Source of the DNA: Camelus ferus
Lineage: Eukaryota
Length of the DNA: 64,000 bases
Direction of reading: 5' to 3'
Assembly (NCBI RefSeq): GCF_009834535.1
Contig: NC_045696.1
Coordinates: 68,574,001-68,638,000 of the forward strand
Shown here: positions 27,275 to 40,764 of the stretch, one piece after another
Layout of the letters: every line of letters starts with the position of its first letter
Position numbering within the stretch: position 1 is the stretch's first letter
Notes under the pieces: generated by a model
Databases searched by the model: none
What the model saw: only the letters and a program-made list of their open reading frames with translations
Told to the model about the DNA's origin: nothing
Position numbers and translations under genes: made by a program

Positions 27275-27702
27275 TGCACGTCAGTTCATGTCCTCCAGGA
27301 AGCAGATGTCAAGACAGAGTTAAAAGTGTAAGAGATGTATTGAGGGGAGTGTCTATAAAAATAAAGAAGAGAGCAGAAGTGAGTAGAGAAAGCCTTCAGA
27401 CTATGATACACATCTGATATCTGTGAAAGAGAGGAGGAAAGAAGGGTGATTAGAAAGGAAGTGCCTCAGATTTTGATGAAGCTTTGAGAATATTTTGACC
27501 AGCCCATTGGACAGCTCTAGTCTGACAGGAATCCTGCTTTGGGCAGAAATGTTGAGGCTCATTCATTGATTAAGATGGATTTAGCTCAAATGCTGTGATG
27601 TATCTAAAAACAGCACAGGCAGAGGCTGTCAGCTAACTCTAGTCCTTGCAACAAACTGACTCTTCAGGGGGGATCTGAAAGGGTCTCTTCCATGGCTGTC
27701 AT
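27275..27702 (-). mobile_element. ERVL LTR (LTR33/LTR16-like) inside an L2 relic
   Basis: gtcctccaggaagcagatgtcaagacag...agccttcagactatgatacacatctgatatctgtgaaag. Confidence 0.6.
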
Positions 27703-28184
27703 GAGGAGTGAGGGGAGAAAGGAGTCAAAGATAAATCCAAAGCTCCTGGATGGGTGGCTAGACATTTCCTGATACTATGAACACAGTTTAGAGAAATGGT
27801 GTCTTCTCCAAATGTCTTCTACATAAACTCTGCTTGGAGGCAAAGCATATGACAAGGTGACACTTTTAAGCCTGTAATTTAATATTCTTTCTTCTAATAC
27901 TCTGCTCAAGAATCATGTGTCATATTGCAGCCTACACTCTAAAAGCACTGCTATAAGCCTCTTTTCTAATAAACTCTTCCATAAAGCCAATCTGAATCAA
28001 CCTAGGCTTAAAATATGGATGATAGAATGCTGTTGATCCAAAGCCCTGTGCCTAAGATATTACAGCTTTTTCTTGAGTATTCTTTCTACCAATTATTCAA
28101 TGTCTTTTCCTCTTACATGCTTTTCTCATTGAGGATTCTGTCAAGATCACTGTTAACAAAATTTTGTCTTTCTTTCCTCTTTTC

Positions 28185-31100
28185 TTTAAAAAATTATTTG
28201 CAACTTTACTGATATAAAATGTACAATAAACTGCACATATTTAATATGTAAAATAGGACATTTGTATATACCCTGTAAACACACCATAATTAAGATTACA
28301 AGGAGTTCCATCATCCTAAAAGTTTCCTCATGCCATTTTGTAATATATCCTTATCTCTACTCTTATTTGCATGAAGCCACTGATTTGCTTTTTGTCACTG
28401 TAGATTAATGTGCATTTTCTAGAATTTTATACAAATGGAATCATGCACTGTGTACTCCTTTTTGTCTGGCTTCTCATATACTCTATAGTTAGTTTGAAAT
28501 TTATCCATGTTGCATGTGTCAATAGTCTGTTCCTTTTTATTGCTGAGGATTATTCTATTGAATAGATTTGCCACAAATGGTTTATATCGACCTGGTGAAA
28601 GACTTCAAGTAGACTCCAGTTTTCGGCTGATACAAATAGCATTGCTATGAATATTCATGTATAACTCTTCTTGTGAACATATACTTTCATTTCTTTTGGG
28701 TAGATACTTAGGAGTGGAATGACTGGGTTTCATGGCAGGTGTATGTTTAATTTTTTTTTAAAGAAATTGCAACTGTTTCCCGAAGTAGTTATACCATTTT
28801 ATATTCCCACCAGTAGTATATGAGAGTTCTAGATGCTCGACATCCATTAACATTTGAAATTACCTTCTTTTGTTTTGTTTTTTTAATCTTAGTCATTCTA
28901 ATCAATGTGCAGTTGTATCTCATTGTAGTTTAATTTGCATTTCATTAATCACTAATGAAGTTAGGCATTTTTAATATGCTTATATACCATCTATATATAT
29001 ATATATATCTTCTTTATTAACTGAAATCATTAGGCCATTTTTTAAAATTAGGCTGTTTGTCTTCTCATTATTAAATTGCAACAGTTATTTATACGTTCTG
29101 GTTAAAAGTCCTTTGCCAGGTATTTATTATGCAAATGTTGTCCCCTAATCTGTGACATAAAACTTTTACTTTCTTAACAATTCCTTTGAGGAGCAAATTT
29201 GAAGAAATCCAACATACTTATGTTTTTATTTCATACTTTATGCTTTTAGTGTCCTACTTAAGATATCCTAGCTTAGGTCATTAAGACTTTTTCCTGTTTT
29301 CTTCAGATTGTTTTATTGTTTTATCTCACAATTAAGTCTATGTTCTATGTAAGTTACTTTTTGTATATTGTTAAAAAGGTTGACATTGATTCTTTTTCTT
29401 TGCATATGGCTGTCAAATTGTGCCAGCACAATGTGTTGAAAATGCAGCCTTTCCCCCTTTAAATTTCCTTTGTATTTTTGTCAAAAATCAGTTGGCCATA
29501 TATTTTTATATGGATCTAATTCTGTACTCTATTCTGTTGCATTGATAAGTTTCTCTAGCTTTATGCGAGTTCTACATTGTCTTTATTATAAATTTATAAA
29601 TTTTGAAATCAGTTAGTATGAGTTCTGCAACATTGTTCTTGTTTTTCAAACTGTTCTTGGCCACTGTAGGTCCTTTGAATTGTCATATAGATTTTGCAAT
29701 CAGCTTGAAGATTTATTCTTGTATTAAAAAAAAATGGACTTTTAACTGAAATTGCACTGGATCAATAGATCAATTTAGGAAGAATTAACCTCTCAAAGAT
29801 ACGGAGTCTTCCAATTCATGCGTGTGATATATCTCATTTCTTTTGCTGTTCTTTCACATCTCTCATTAATATTTTGTAGTATTCAGTATATAAGCTTTGC
29901 ACATCTTTTGACAGATTTATCAATAATTACTTCATATTTTGATGATATGTTATTGTTTTAAATTCTATTTTATGACAGTTTATTGCTTGTGTAAAATATC
30001 TTCTGTTGCTTGTAAGTAATGTTTATATATTCATCATGTATTCTGCATATTTGATAAACTTACTTATTAGTTCTAGTAGCTAGCTTGGAGATCCTTAGGA
30101 TTTTCTACAAATATATTATGCCATCATCCAATAATGACAATTTTATTTCTTTTCCAATTTGTATGAAAACTTTCTTGCTTTACTGCAGTGGATAAAGCTT
30201 CTAGTGCAATGCTGAAAAAATGCATTGACTTTTCTTCCCCAAATTACAGGAAAAGCATTCAATCTTTATTATTAAGTGTAATAGTAGCTGTAATTTTTTT
30301 TTTTTTTTAATAGATCCTCTTTGTCAGGTTGAACAAGTTCCTTCTATTTCTGGGTTGCTGGGAGTTTTTAATCATGAAGAGACATTGAATGAATTTTATC
30401 AAATGTTTTTCTGTATCTATTGAGATGATCATGTAGATTTTCTTTTTTTTAGTCTATTAGTATGGTAAATTCCACTGATTGATTTTCAAAAGTTAACGGA
30501 AACATACTTCTGTGATAAACCTCACTTACTCATGATATGTCAGCCTCTTTCTACACTGTTAAATTAAATTTGCTTAAATTGTATTAGGAATTTTTGCATG
30601 AGGAGGGATGTTTATGTTTCCTTTTTATGAAATATCTTTGTTTAGTTTGGATATCAAGGACCATGCTGGTCTCAAAGAATAAGAAAGTGTTCCTTCTGCT
30701 TTTATTTTCTGGAAGAGATAATGGAGAGTTAGTATTGTATCTTCTTTCAGTACTTGGTAGAATTCACCAGTGAAACTATCTGGGTATGGTGATTTCTTTT
30801 TTTCTGAAAGGTTATTAGTTATTTATTCAATTTCTCTAAGAAATATGAGTATATTAGGGTTATCTGTTTTTCAAGTGAACTTGGGAATTTGTATTTTTTT
30901 CAAGGCATTTGTCCATTTCAAATAATGTGTAGAATTTTTTGGCATAAAGTTGTTCATAATATTCCATTTTATTCATTTCTGAATTTCATTCAGATTTTAA
31001 TGTTAGTAAAATCTACAGTGATGCCCTTTTTTCATTCTTGATATTGGTCATTTTGTATTTTTTTTTTTCTCCTGATCAGTATGGCTAAAGGTTTACCAAT

Positions 31101-31220
31101 TTTAGTAATCTTCTCAAGTCATTGATTTTCTCTATTATTATTCTGTTTTCTATTTCATATATTGCTATTTTGATCTTTATTATTTCCTTTTTTTGGCTTA
31201 TTTTGCCTTTTTTTTTTTTA
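28185..31220 (-). mobile_element. ~3 kb decayed L1M (3' UTR plus ORF2 C-terminal part)
   Basis: ggagtggaatgactggg, cattcccaccag-like motif, ttttctgtatctattgagatgatcatg, ggtagaattcaccagtgaaactatctggg; no open frame remains. Confidence 0.85.
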
Positions 31221-31739
31221 AGTTGTGTAAGATGGAAGGACAATTAAATCCCTGTGACTCTATCATAGCCCCAAATAAGATTCCCTGATCAAATCTGTTC
31301 TGAAATCATCCTCTCTGCTTCCACCTTTTTTGCAATTACTCAGGATTTGATCAGTAATAATACTCTAAATTGAAAGTGTCAGGTATGTTGGGTGTGGGCA
31401 GAGGGATTTTTCTGGGGGTAGTGAGGGAGTTGAAAGCAAGTCCAAACAAAGAACAAGGGAGAGGACTAGAAATCTCAATTTAGAGAAGATTCTCACAGTA
31501 AGGGTCATAAAAGCAATCCTCTCTTATCTAAAAGACTACTTTGTAAAATAAATGTTACACTTCTTGGTGGCCTTGCAGCATTATTGGATCAATGGGTACA
31601 AGCTATACTCTGTCAGTTTTACTCTGTCACCATCAGAGTGTCCCAAACCAGGGTGATCTCTGTGAAGATGGGAGTGAGGTCTTAGTCCAAGAATGGGACA
31701 GTACTAACATTTGAACATTTGTTAACCTTACAGTTTCCA

Positions 31740-31950
31740 TCTCTGAAGTCAGACAGGTAGATGTTCAAATGCCACTGTCACCACACATGAATTATGTAAC
31801 TCTGAACTAGTTACTTAACCTGAGTTCCAGCTTCCCCATATGTAAAAGGCAGTAACAAATATGCCTACTTTATGGGGATATAAATATTAAATGAGATATC
31901 ATATGGAAAAAAATGTTTCTTATAGCATCTGGTATATAGTATGCACTTTA
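31740..31950 (+). mobile_element. MIR SINE
   Basis: ctctgaagtcagacagg...agttacttaacctgag...tattaaatgagat. Confidence 0.65.
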
Positions 31951-32072
31951 TTTATTTGTTTGTTTGTTATTAGCATTTACTGAAATCACAAGTTAGATAA
32001 CTTTGGAACTGGGAGGAGTCTTATGGGTCATTTAGTCTAAACCCATTATTTCATGGATAGAGAAGGTGAAAC

Positions 32073-32529
32073 TGAAGGGAAAACCGGGCTGGTCTAACAA
32101 GATAACTCACAGGTCTAGGAATGTGAAGGAGAGGCTGGGCTGGGCTAACAAGGCAAATCTAAGTATTGGAATACTAAATCTGAGTTCTGCTGGACTAACT
32201 TGTAAATCTAAGTTAATTAGTGTTGGTTTGCTGTTTATGTTTTTTTGCTAGCCAGCTGGATTTTCAAAGCTACTTATCTGGCTTTGGAATGTTGGTTTGC
32301 TGCCTCCCCACCTCCACTTTTGTGATGATAATGCTGCTAAAGCTGTTCCATGCCTATTGGCCGAATACCCCAAGCTTGTACTTTACCCTATAAAACCTCA
32401 TGCGCACATCTTGGAGGTGCTCAGAGCTTCGGAGCAGAAGCCCCTCTGAGCCCGCCGGCGTAATACATCTGAGTACTCCAACCCTCCGAGTGGTGCTTGT
32501 TTCTTGACTGGCCTGTCGTTTCCGTAACA
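32073..32529 (+). mobile_element. Young 457-bp solo LTR (4-bp TSD, ERV1-like) inserted into a MIR
   Basis: TG..CA ends; TSD AAAC at 32069-32072 and 32530-32533; ATTGG 32356, TATAAAA 32389, AATACA 32462; CpG-rich 3' half. Confidence 0.85.
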
Positions 32530-33895
32530 AAACAAGGAAAAGTGACTTGCCCAAAGTTGCAGAATTTGTAGTTTGATAAAATCTGGAGCTCAGGTATTCA
32601 GACTCTGATCCACTGAGCTTCCCCCTTTCAACATCACATATATCCAATAGACCCAGGGAACAGGAAATTTAGTTCTAGATTCTGGCATTTCCATTGGTGT
32701 GCTCTGTGATTTTGGTGTCAATTCTTTTTTCTCTCCAGGTCTCAGTTTCCTCCTCCATAAGATGGGAACAAGGCAGTATTTCTAAAGGCCATTTCTAAGT
32801 TCAGTGTGTTGTGTCTTAAACAGTTCATTTAAGCTAGTATGGAAGGAATCGGTGTTTTCGAATTGTCTTCCTCTACAAGCACTTCCATTGCTTTGCTCAG
32901 GGAGACAAAAGAAAAAAAAAGAATGCTTTTGTTTCATGTGCTGTTTTAAAAGGAAATCGATTATTCATTTCTAATCTTGTTTGTTTGCAGCTGTGTTGAG
33001 TTAAATAGCACACCAGGCTTACGGTTAAGCTAGGCGGCTTCCTCAGAAAGCAGCATGAGGGTTGCTACTTTGTTTTCCTTATCTCCCTCAGGGTGCTGAT
33101 CACACGGCCTGCCACCCGCCCGGTCCTTGTAAATCGGTTTAGGGATTTGCAGAGACCACACTGTTCCTCCCGCTCCTGGGACCCTCGCCACCCACTTAGA
33201 GATAATTACTCATTCTGCCTGTTCCCAAGTTGGTGAGGAGCCAGCCAGCTCCATTTGCCTGCCTCATGAATGCCTGAGTTCATCCACAAAAGAGAAGTAA
33301 TATTCTGAAAAGATATGTTAATTAACGTGCCTCCCAACTTCCTTTGGCTGCAGTGAAAGAGGAAAGTTTTTCCTTTTCTCTTGTGGTTCTCATTTTGCAA
33401 GTTTTCTTTGTTGTCACTTTGAATGGATATGTAGGCTGTCAGAGATGTGTGCCTTCCTACCAGAATGTACTTACTGAGCCCAGTACTCTACTGAGACTTA
33501 GTGCCTGTCCTCAAGAAATGTAGAAACCAGGGGTGGTGGGAAAATGGGTGACTCCTGGGCTAAAGTCAGTATATTAATTAATATAATTCGAATGCTAGGT
33601 GTAAAGGAGATATGAACTGTGCCTGGGACTCAATAAAATTTCCCTGGAAGTGGTAGAATTTAGGACTGAAAGATAGGTAGAATGTAAATGAGTAGAAAGG
33701 ACAATTTGGGCAACAAATTTCTTTAACAAACTTTATAACTGATATTAATTAAATGTCAACTCAGCAGCATGCCCTATGCAAATTAGATGTTGGAAGATTT
33801 ACTTTCAAGATGGAAAAGATGAATCTGTTGGTCAAAGATAACATTCTATGGGTGATACCTAAGCTTTTGGCCAGAAGAACTGGGTAGATCATTTT

Positions 33896-33935
33896 GAGAT
33901 CCTTCAGCTTGGATTCTAGTAGGACAATAAGAAAC
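33896..33935 (+). repeat. 40-bp perfect direct repeat, copy 1
   Basis: gagatccttcagcttggattctagtaggacaataagaaac, identical to 34654-34693. Confidence 0.95.
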
Positions 33936-34653
33936 AGAAAAGTAGATTGGGGAGTGAAAGGCAATAGTTCAAGATGAGTCTAAAGTAATTTCCAACTAGA
34001 AAATTCAATTCTGTAATAGAATTTAATATTGCCCTTTAAAAATTTTCTCCAGAGACCTCAGTCTACCCTCTCCCACCTCCACAACACACATACCACACAG
34101 ATGCACACACAAAGAGCTATAACAAAAACAAGTGTGCTTAATAATGACACAGTAGGAAATCACTGCAGTTTCCAAACTTCCTCATGCGTGCAGAGATAGT
34201 ATTGTGCCTGACAAGCAAAAAGAGAGTTTGGAAAATCATATTGGATGAGATCTTGTCAATGGGAGGTTTTGCTATCAAGAAATCTAATGAGGCTTAAAGA
34301 AAATTGATAATTCATTAGCATTCTTGAACATGCCCCCACTTAGCTGCATGGTAATTATTGAGTAGCTACAGAGCAGCTCAGAAATATAGTGACAAGACAG
34401 ACTGCTCCATCCATCAAATCCCAACAGCTATAATCATCTAATGAATGCTACATGAATCAAACAGTGAAAAATAATAATAATATCTTTGCTTCCCCCTGAG
34501 TCTTTCAACAAGGTTTCCAGAGCCTAAGGCAAATAGATTCACTGGAAAGTTTGACTCCCTCTATGGTGCAAGGCCACAGTTGACTAACAGCTATAGAACA
34601 ATGGTACTCCTTAGACACAGGGAGGAAGTAGGGTAGATGGTCCTTTAGTCTAG

Positions 34654-34693
34654 GAGATCCTTCAGCTTGGATTCTAGTAGGACAATAAGAAAC
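34654..34693 (+). repeat. 40-bp perfect direct repeat, copy 2
   Basis: Identical to 33896-33935. Confidence 0.95.
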
Positions 34694-34851
34694 TGAAAGC
34701 AGGCATGGCTCTTACATGAGGCTTGGAGTTTTCAGGGCTCTAAAACAGAAATGGGCTTCTCTCTAGGGCTGGCATCAGGGAGACATCCCCAGAAGCCTTA
34801 GATCCAGTCCATCCAGCACTGAAATGGAGAGACACATGGAATAGTGACAGG

Positions 34852-35485
34852 TGAAAACTATAAAACTCTTGGCACAAATGACTTCATCTACCCCCAACAC
34901 TAAGATACTTGGACAAACTCTAGTATGACTTCCATTCATTCAAGGCTATACCCCCAGGATGACAACTCCAACCCCCCTCAAAGTCCCTGCCTGAGAAAGC
35001 TCAATGTTGCCAAAAGAATATACTGCTTGTTCCAGCCAAAATCTGACTATAAGCCTCTGATCTCCCTTTTCTTAGAGCATATACTCTGGAAAACTTAAAA
35101 TGGCAAATCCTTTCTCTGTCCTTTTAAAATATATCTTCTACAACCAGGAATGTCTTCCTTAAGGACCTATGAGTCATCCCTTTGAAATGCAATCATCAAG
35201 AAAGATAGAACCAAGGTCTCCCAGTCTCTGTGGGAGAGTGGGAGTCAAACTTGGATAAGTTCCAGTTAGGAAACACAGATGGCCTAATCACATTGACAGC
35301 CCACCCCTTAACAGCCCTCAGTACAGCCTTCAGCATCCTCCAGCATTTAAAAGGTCTCTTGCTTTTCATTCAGAGCAGTTGAGCTCAGTTAATACACTGA
35401 AGTCTCTCCCCTCCTGCAGTTATCTCAAATAAAATCAGTCTTGACAGTTTTAACAAGTGTCTGGTGCAATTTTTTTTCTTTTACA
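34852..35485 (+). mobile_element. ERV1 solo LTR (MER39/MER34 group)
   Basis: TG..CA ends, cctgcctgagaaagctcaa, ttagagcatatactctggaaaactt, aataaa ~35428; near-TSD cagg/caag. Confidence 0.7.
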
Positions 35486-37334
35486 CAAGCCCAGGGTCTG
35501 GGTCTTGGAAGATAAAGTAGCAAATCTGGGCTCAAACTCCTCTACTGACATAACTCTGGATAAATGACTCCATTGTCTGAAGCTTTAACTTTGTAACTGT
35601 CAAATGGGGTACTAAAATATACTCTGTATCTCTAAATTGTTGTGATCATACAACTGCATAATGCTCCCAAAGGTTTTAGGACAATCCTTAGACTTGAAGA
35701 CACATGCTGCTGCCTCTCCAGAGAGAACCACAGAAGCAGGAGGCAAGGGAGACAAGCTTCATGTTAAACTCTGATCTGCACTGCTGGAGTTGAAACAGAT
35801 TTTTGAAGTCCTGTGATCCATCTCACCCCCTTATTTTATAGAAAGGAAACCACGATTCAGAAGGGAAGAGTGAAGAAGGGAGAGTATTGGTGGTTAGAAC
35901 TCAGCTTTAAGGGCAGGCTGAACTAGGTTTGAGATCCAGCTCCTCCATTTGTTAGCTGTGTGACCGTCAAATTGTATAATTTTTTATTTGTAAAATGGTT
36001 ATAATAATTATGAATTTCATAGATCTTTCTAAGAATGGATGAGAACATGAAAATGAGCATGTACTGAGTGCCCAGCATATCTTAAACAGTCAGTAAAGGT
36101 CAAATATGTTAATGGCAGAGTTTTGGGATAAAACCCCTATCTCTGCTCCTTTTGATTATATAATTGGAAGCTTTGTTTTATAGATCTAGAGGGTAAAGCT
36201 AAGTGAAAGATGCCAGTGTCAGGAATGGTTGATTTTCTTGAGATAAAACATCTAAAAAAATAATAATAATAACGTGAGACCAATGGCTATACTTTGATAC
36301 AAATAGTCTGAGCATGAAGATTGCTGACAAATTACTGGTAATTGCAGAGATTGCTGGAGGAGACATCCGGATAATCTTGCAGAAATGGTTGCAGAGGACA
36401 GGATAGAGCTGTGATAAATGGAGCATAGGGTGCATATGGCGTGGAGAGAGATGGAGGTCCTGGCATGTGATTGGGAAAGGGGAGTGGTAAGGGAGTATCT
36501 GGGACAGGCAAGCAATGGTGGTGACATCAGTCAGCAGTCTCAGACCCTTGGATGTAGAAATGGAGAGAGGACTGAAGAGAAAAGGCAGGGTTTCAGTCCT
36601 AAAGGCATGCAAGACCTCAGGTATTTGCTTAGAAGTTCCAATAGAAAAATGCCCAGTGACCATTGACTGAGAAGAGGCCCTCTTCCATTGAGAAGGTCAT
36701 CCTCTATGTTCAAACTCTGAAGGGACGTACTTGAAACAGTGAAAGGGGAAGGGACCACCTACTTTCACTTGAATAGGTGGAAGAGTGCCTTAAGCCTTGG
36801 TCTTGGATGAGAATTCCACGTTACAGCCATATCCCCCTCTCATCCATCAGAAACAGAGAGAAATCAGGATACTTTCCAGAGAGCCCAAGCAGGGGCCAAG
36901 GCAGAGATGGAATTTACAGGACCAATAATATGACATAGGGCTTAGTCAGAAGATTAAGACAGAAGACACCTATTTAGAGACAGAGACCTAAGCAGGACCA
37001 GAGGCCAGGCCATCTGGATGCCAAGTGCCCAGCCCCTCACCATAGGAAGCCTGAAACCCCGCTGACAATGATAGGATTGGTCTTTGAGTCAGATATGGGA
37101 CCAGGTCAGTAGGAGGCTACTGAGAATAGGGTATGAGGAGGTCAGTAATACCACTGCCTGGGCTGAAGAAGTGTGGGGCATACAACTTGTTTAAACTCTT
37201 TCCACAGTACTGTGCACATATCGTTACTGCAATAGTCATCATGCTCTAGCATGACTGTCTGTGGCCCTCTGGACTACAACTTATTTAGAGCTGAGATTTT
37301 GAAAGACGGTGGTTACATTCTCTCTGAAGTTGTA

Positions 37335-37510
37335 CAGCACGGATTCAAATTCCTGCTCTAACAGTCACTAGCTGTGTGACCTTAGGTAAGTTTCTTGATG
37401 TTTCTATGTCTCAGTGTTCTCATCTGTGAAATGGAGATAATAACGTGTCTTATTGTTGGAGTAAGAACTAAATTCACAATAAACCAATTAGAACAGTGCC
37501 GAATATATAG
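37335..37510 (+). mobile_element. MIR SINE
   Basis: ggattcaaattcctgctct...cactagctgtgtgaccttaggtaagtt...ctcatctgtgaaatggagataataa. Confidence 0.8.
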
Positions 37511-39104
37511 GAAATGTTATATAAGTTAATATATAAATTGATTTATAATAAGTTAAATAAAATATAAAGTAAGCTACAATAAATAAAAATCTACTTCTGT
37601 TCCCAGCTCTTGGTATGGTGCTCATCTTCAGTGTTTGATAAATGATTGTTAAAATAAAAAATTAAATGACAAGGCTGGGCATTCTTGCCAAGTAGTGGTT
37701 AGAGCCTTGAAGTCCTGGCCGACAATCTGTGACCCCACCTTCACCTAAGACACGAGCACCATAGGGTGCAGGACTGGGTGAGACGGCCCCAGCACCCAGC
37801 CATGGATGTGGCCAAGCTGTCACCATGAGTTAAGAGGATGCTCACATGTTTCAGGCTGTGCACCCTGTGAATTATTCCACCCCATCAGGCTGCCACAGGA
37901 GACAATGGCCACTGGTCCCCCAGCTCCCACCCCACCCACCTTCTTTCCTTATCAGGCTTCAGAGTGTGGATGTAGATAGAATTACAAGGCGCCTATAAGG
38001 AGAATATCTGTGTTCCCAGCCTCCTGAACACAAAAAGGTTCATGATGAAGGTGTATAAATCTAGAAAGTGGATGCCAGTAAAGGCTGAAGCACAAAGCAG
38101 AAGAAAGCTTCTTCTTCATCCGGGGGCCACTCAAAGCGAGCCTGTACCTTGATTCCAGAACCTTGTTCTCTGAGCCACTCTCTCCACCTCGGGTTTTGCC
38201 TCTCTCCACCTCGGGTCTTCCCTCTACCGGACTCCCACCCTTTCCTTTTTCCCTTCCACTTCTGTTCTAACATCTGTCACCGCCAACCAGCACTAACAGC
38301 ATGGCTTCTTGTCAAAAGACAGCTAATATGACTTAGTTCCAAGAGACAGAGTCTCAGCTTCCCTCCTCTGTCAAATGCGGATCTGGTGAGGATCAAAAGA
38401 GATTGAATGGGAGAAAGCATTTTGAAGAGTGTTTAGTGTTGTACAAATGCAGCAAAGCCATTTAAAATTGCACTGTTTACATAGCCAACAGTTAACTTTT
38501 TTTGGTTGTGAACACCCACCCACACACACCATGAATTATATTTTGGTGGGTTTGTGTAAAACTGATAAAGTCCAATGCAGTGTGAATCAGAGTATGTACA
38601 TCTAGACACTAAGTGAGTCAACTTAAAGCACTTTTAATGGTTTCATCTACTGGTAAACACTATACAAGTGAAGGCTAACATGTATGTGGAAATGTCAGTG
38701 TGGGGGAAAGTTCTGGACTCAGTCCTAAACAGGATTCTAGATCTGGTTCTGTCTTTCTGTTTCCTCATTTAAAAAAAAAATGCTAATATTTATACTTTTT
38801 CCAACTAGTTCATACAGGGGCTAGTGTTGAGAGTCACAGTAGAGATGTTAGTGGGTGAACGTGCTTTATAAGCTGTAATATACTTTATACTTTTGAGAGA
38901 GTATTAATGTTGTGTATGTGTCAAACTGATATGCCACTCTACCTGTTTATGTCTTTTCAAATATTTCTATTTCTAGTACTTTTTTTTTTTTTTGCAACTG
39001 GAACACAGAACATTAATGAGGATGATTAAGTAATTTCTAGACAACTTTTACAACATTTGCTTTAAAATTTACCTTGTAGTTACTAGGGTTTGGAAATAGT
39101 ATAG

Positions 39105-39123
39105 ATGCGCGCGCACACGCGCA

Positions 39124-39156
<33 letters not shown>
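39105..39156. repeat. (GC)/(CA)n compound microsatellite
   Basis: Directly visible alternating purine-pyrimidine tract. Confidence 0.95.
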
Positions 39157-39159
<3 letters not shown>

Positions 39160-40764
39160 AACTCTAATACTTGGTGTCAAAAAGGAATAAAATATTTAGC
39201 CTGAACAAGAAAAAAACAGTGAAATATTTGACCTGGAGTGTTTATTCTGCAATGTAATTGAACTTTATTGGCTGAGTTGGGAATAGGAGTTAGCTCTTAA
39301 TAGGATTAGAAAGATTATCTAAGACTCTTTGCTTAGTAACCTGAGTGTTGAAATCTATATCGGATTTTGAGGCCTTGAACCTACTATGACTTTTTCCTGC
39401 CCACCAGAATGACTCCCTCAAGTTTCTCTATTCGGAGTAGAGTCAGATTATATTTAAAACAGCAGTTTGCACCTATCCTGGTTTCTTTTCTAGGAGAAAT
39501 AAATAGGATTCAAGGTTTAAGGATTCAGGATTGAATGACAAAATATAATTGTGATCATAGGATGTTGGCAGGAGTCAAGGCTTAATGTACAGCATGATAT
39601 TGAACTGGGCAACAAAATACCCAAGTCTCATCCCAGTGGTACCATTACTTAGCTGTGTGAATTTGGATAATCCAGGCATACTCTCTGAGCGTCAGTTTCT
39701 TCATCTGTGAAATGGAAATAATAGTACCAATCACACTTCAGGTTTGCTGTGTGTCTTATATGTAATCCTGTTCTTTGTTAACCAGGCCTTGCAGACAAAT
39801 CCAAAGGTCAATGAAAACACCCAGACTTTCAAAGAAAGAAAGTGATGTCCTTGAAAAACTGTCCTATTTGTTGAGGGAATATTCATAATACATAATTCAG
39901 TTTTCAGAGAAATTGATGACAATTATTAATCACTTTTGGTCTTGTTATCAGCAAGGATTATTGCTTGAAAAGAGAAGTATGCTTCCAGTTTTTCTCAAAC
40001 TTTGCCTGTAGATCCAAAAAAAAAATTCCCTTTGATATTTTTCATGCATTGCATGAATTGAAAGTAGCTACAAGGTAACAGGTGTCTGTTGACACAATTA
40101 TGAGCAACAAGGTTTCCTAAAGCTTGAAAGATACAGTAGTCATTGTTCCCAGGCTTTGATGGAGCTGTGGTGGGCCCCACAGAGACACTTTCCTGACTCT
40201 TCCTGGATTAGAAAGGGAGCATGCTGTTCAGATTTTATCTTGATGTGGATTTGGGTTGGCACAGCTACCAGGTGTACTGGGATTCTGGGTGGGCCCCTCC
40301 TTGTTTTCTGCCCTCTGAGTCAGGTGCCTAGGCCACTCCCTCTGGTAAACTCAGAGAGGAAGCTGCTTTCTTGCAGGATCCACAAAAATTCCTTCCCTGG
40401 ACTTCCATCTGTATGGCACTGCCTTCAAGGCACCTCCTCTCTCGCATTGCATTTTGCATGTTGTGCTACTGTCAGCTCCTCTGGGCTGGGTGCTGCACTG
40501 AGTGTACATACTCGGTGTGTACCCTCAGGGGGCTCACATCACATGGGGAGGGACAGGCTCATGGCCAAGTGTGGCCCTCTGGCTGCAGTGACAGATGTCT
40601 ATATAGGTACTATGGGGATCACAGAGGGGATTGACAGGCAGTGAGTATGTTGAATAATAAACCACAGTCACTCTTTATTCCCCTTCAACTTGTCTCGGAT
40701 TCCTTTCTTAATCACCTTTCTCTCTGCTCCCCTGCTTTGGCCCTGTGACAGCTCCCAAGAAGAG

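Noticed and set aside
32945..32963. 18/19 match tttaaaaggaaatc(g/a)atta to the reverse complement of 6754-6772
   Set aside because: AT-rich and short; about one such hit is expected by chance, and no extension of the alignment was seen
33896..34693. 40-bp repeats as a CRISPR-like array
   Set aside because: Only two copies, 758 bp apart, in a mammalian context
40156..40644. 162-aa ORF in a GC-richer patch
   Set aside because: No recognisable homology, splice context or codon pattern; the length is within chance expectation
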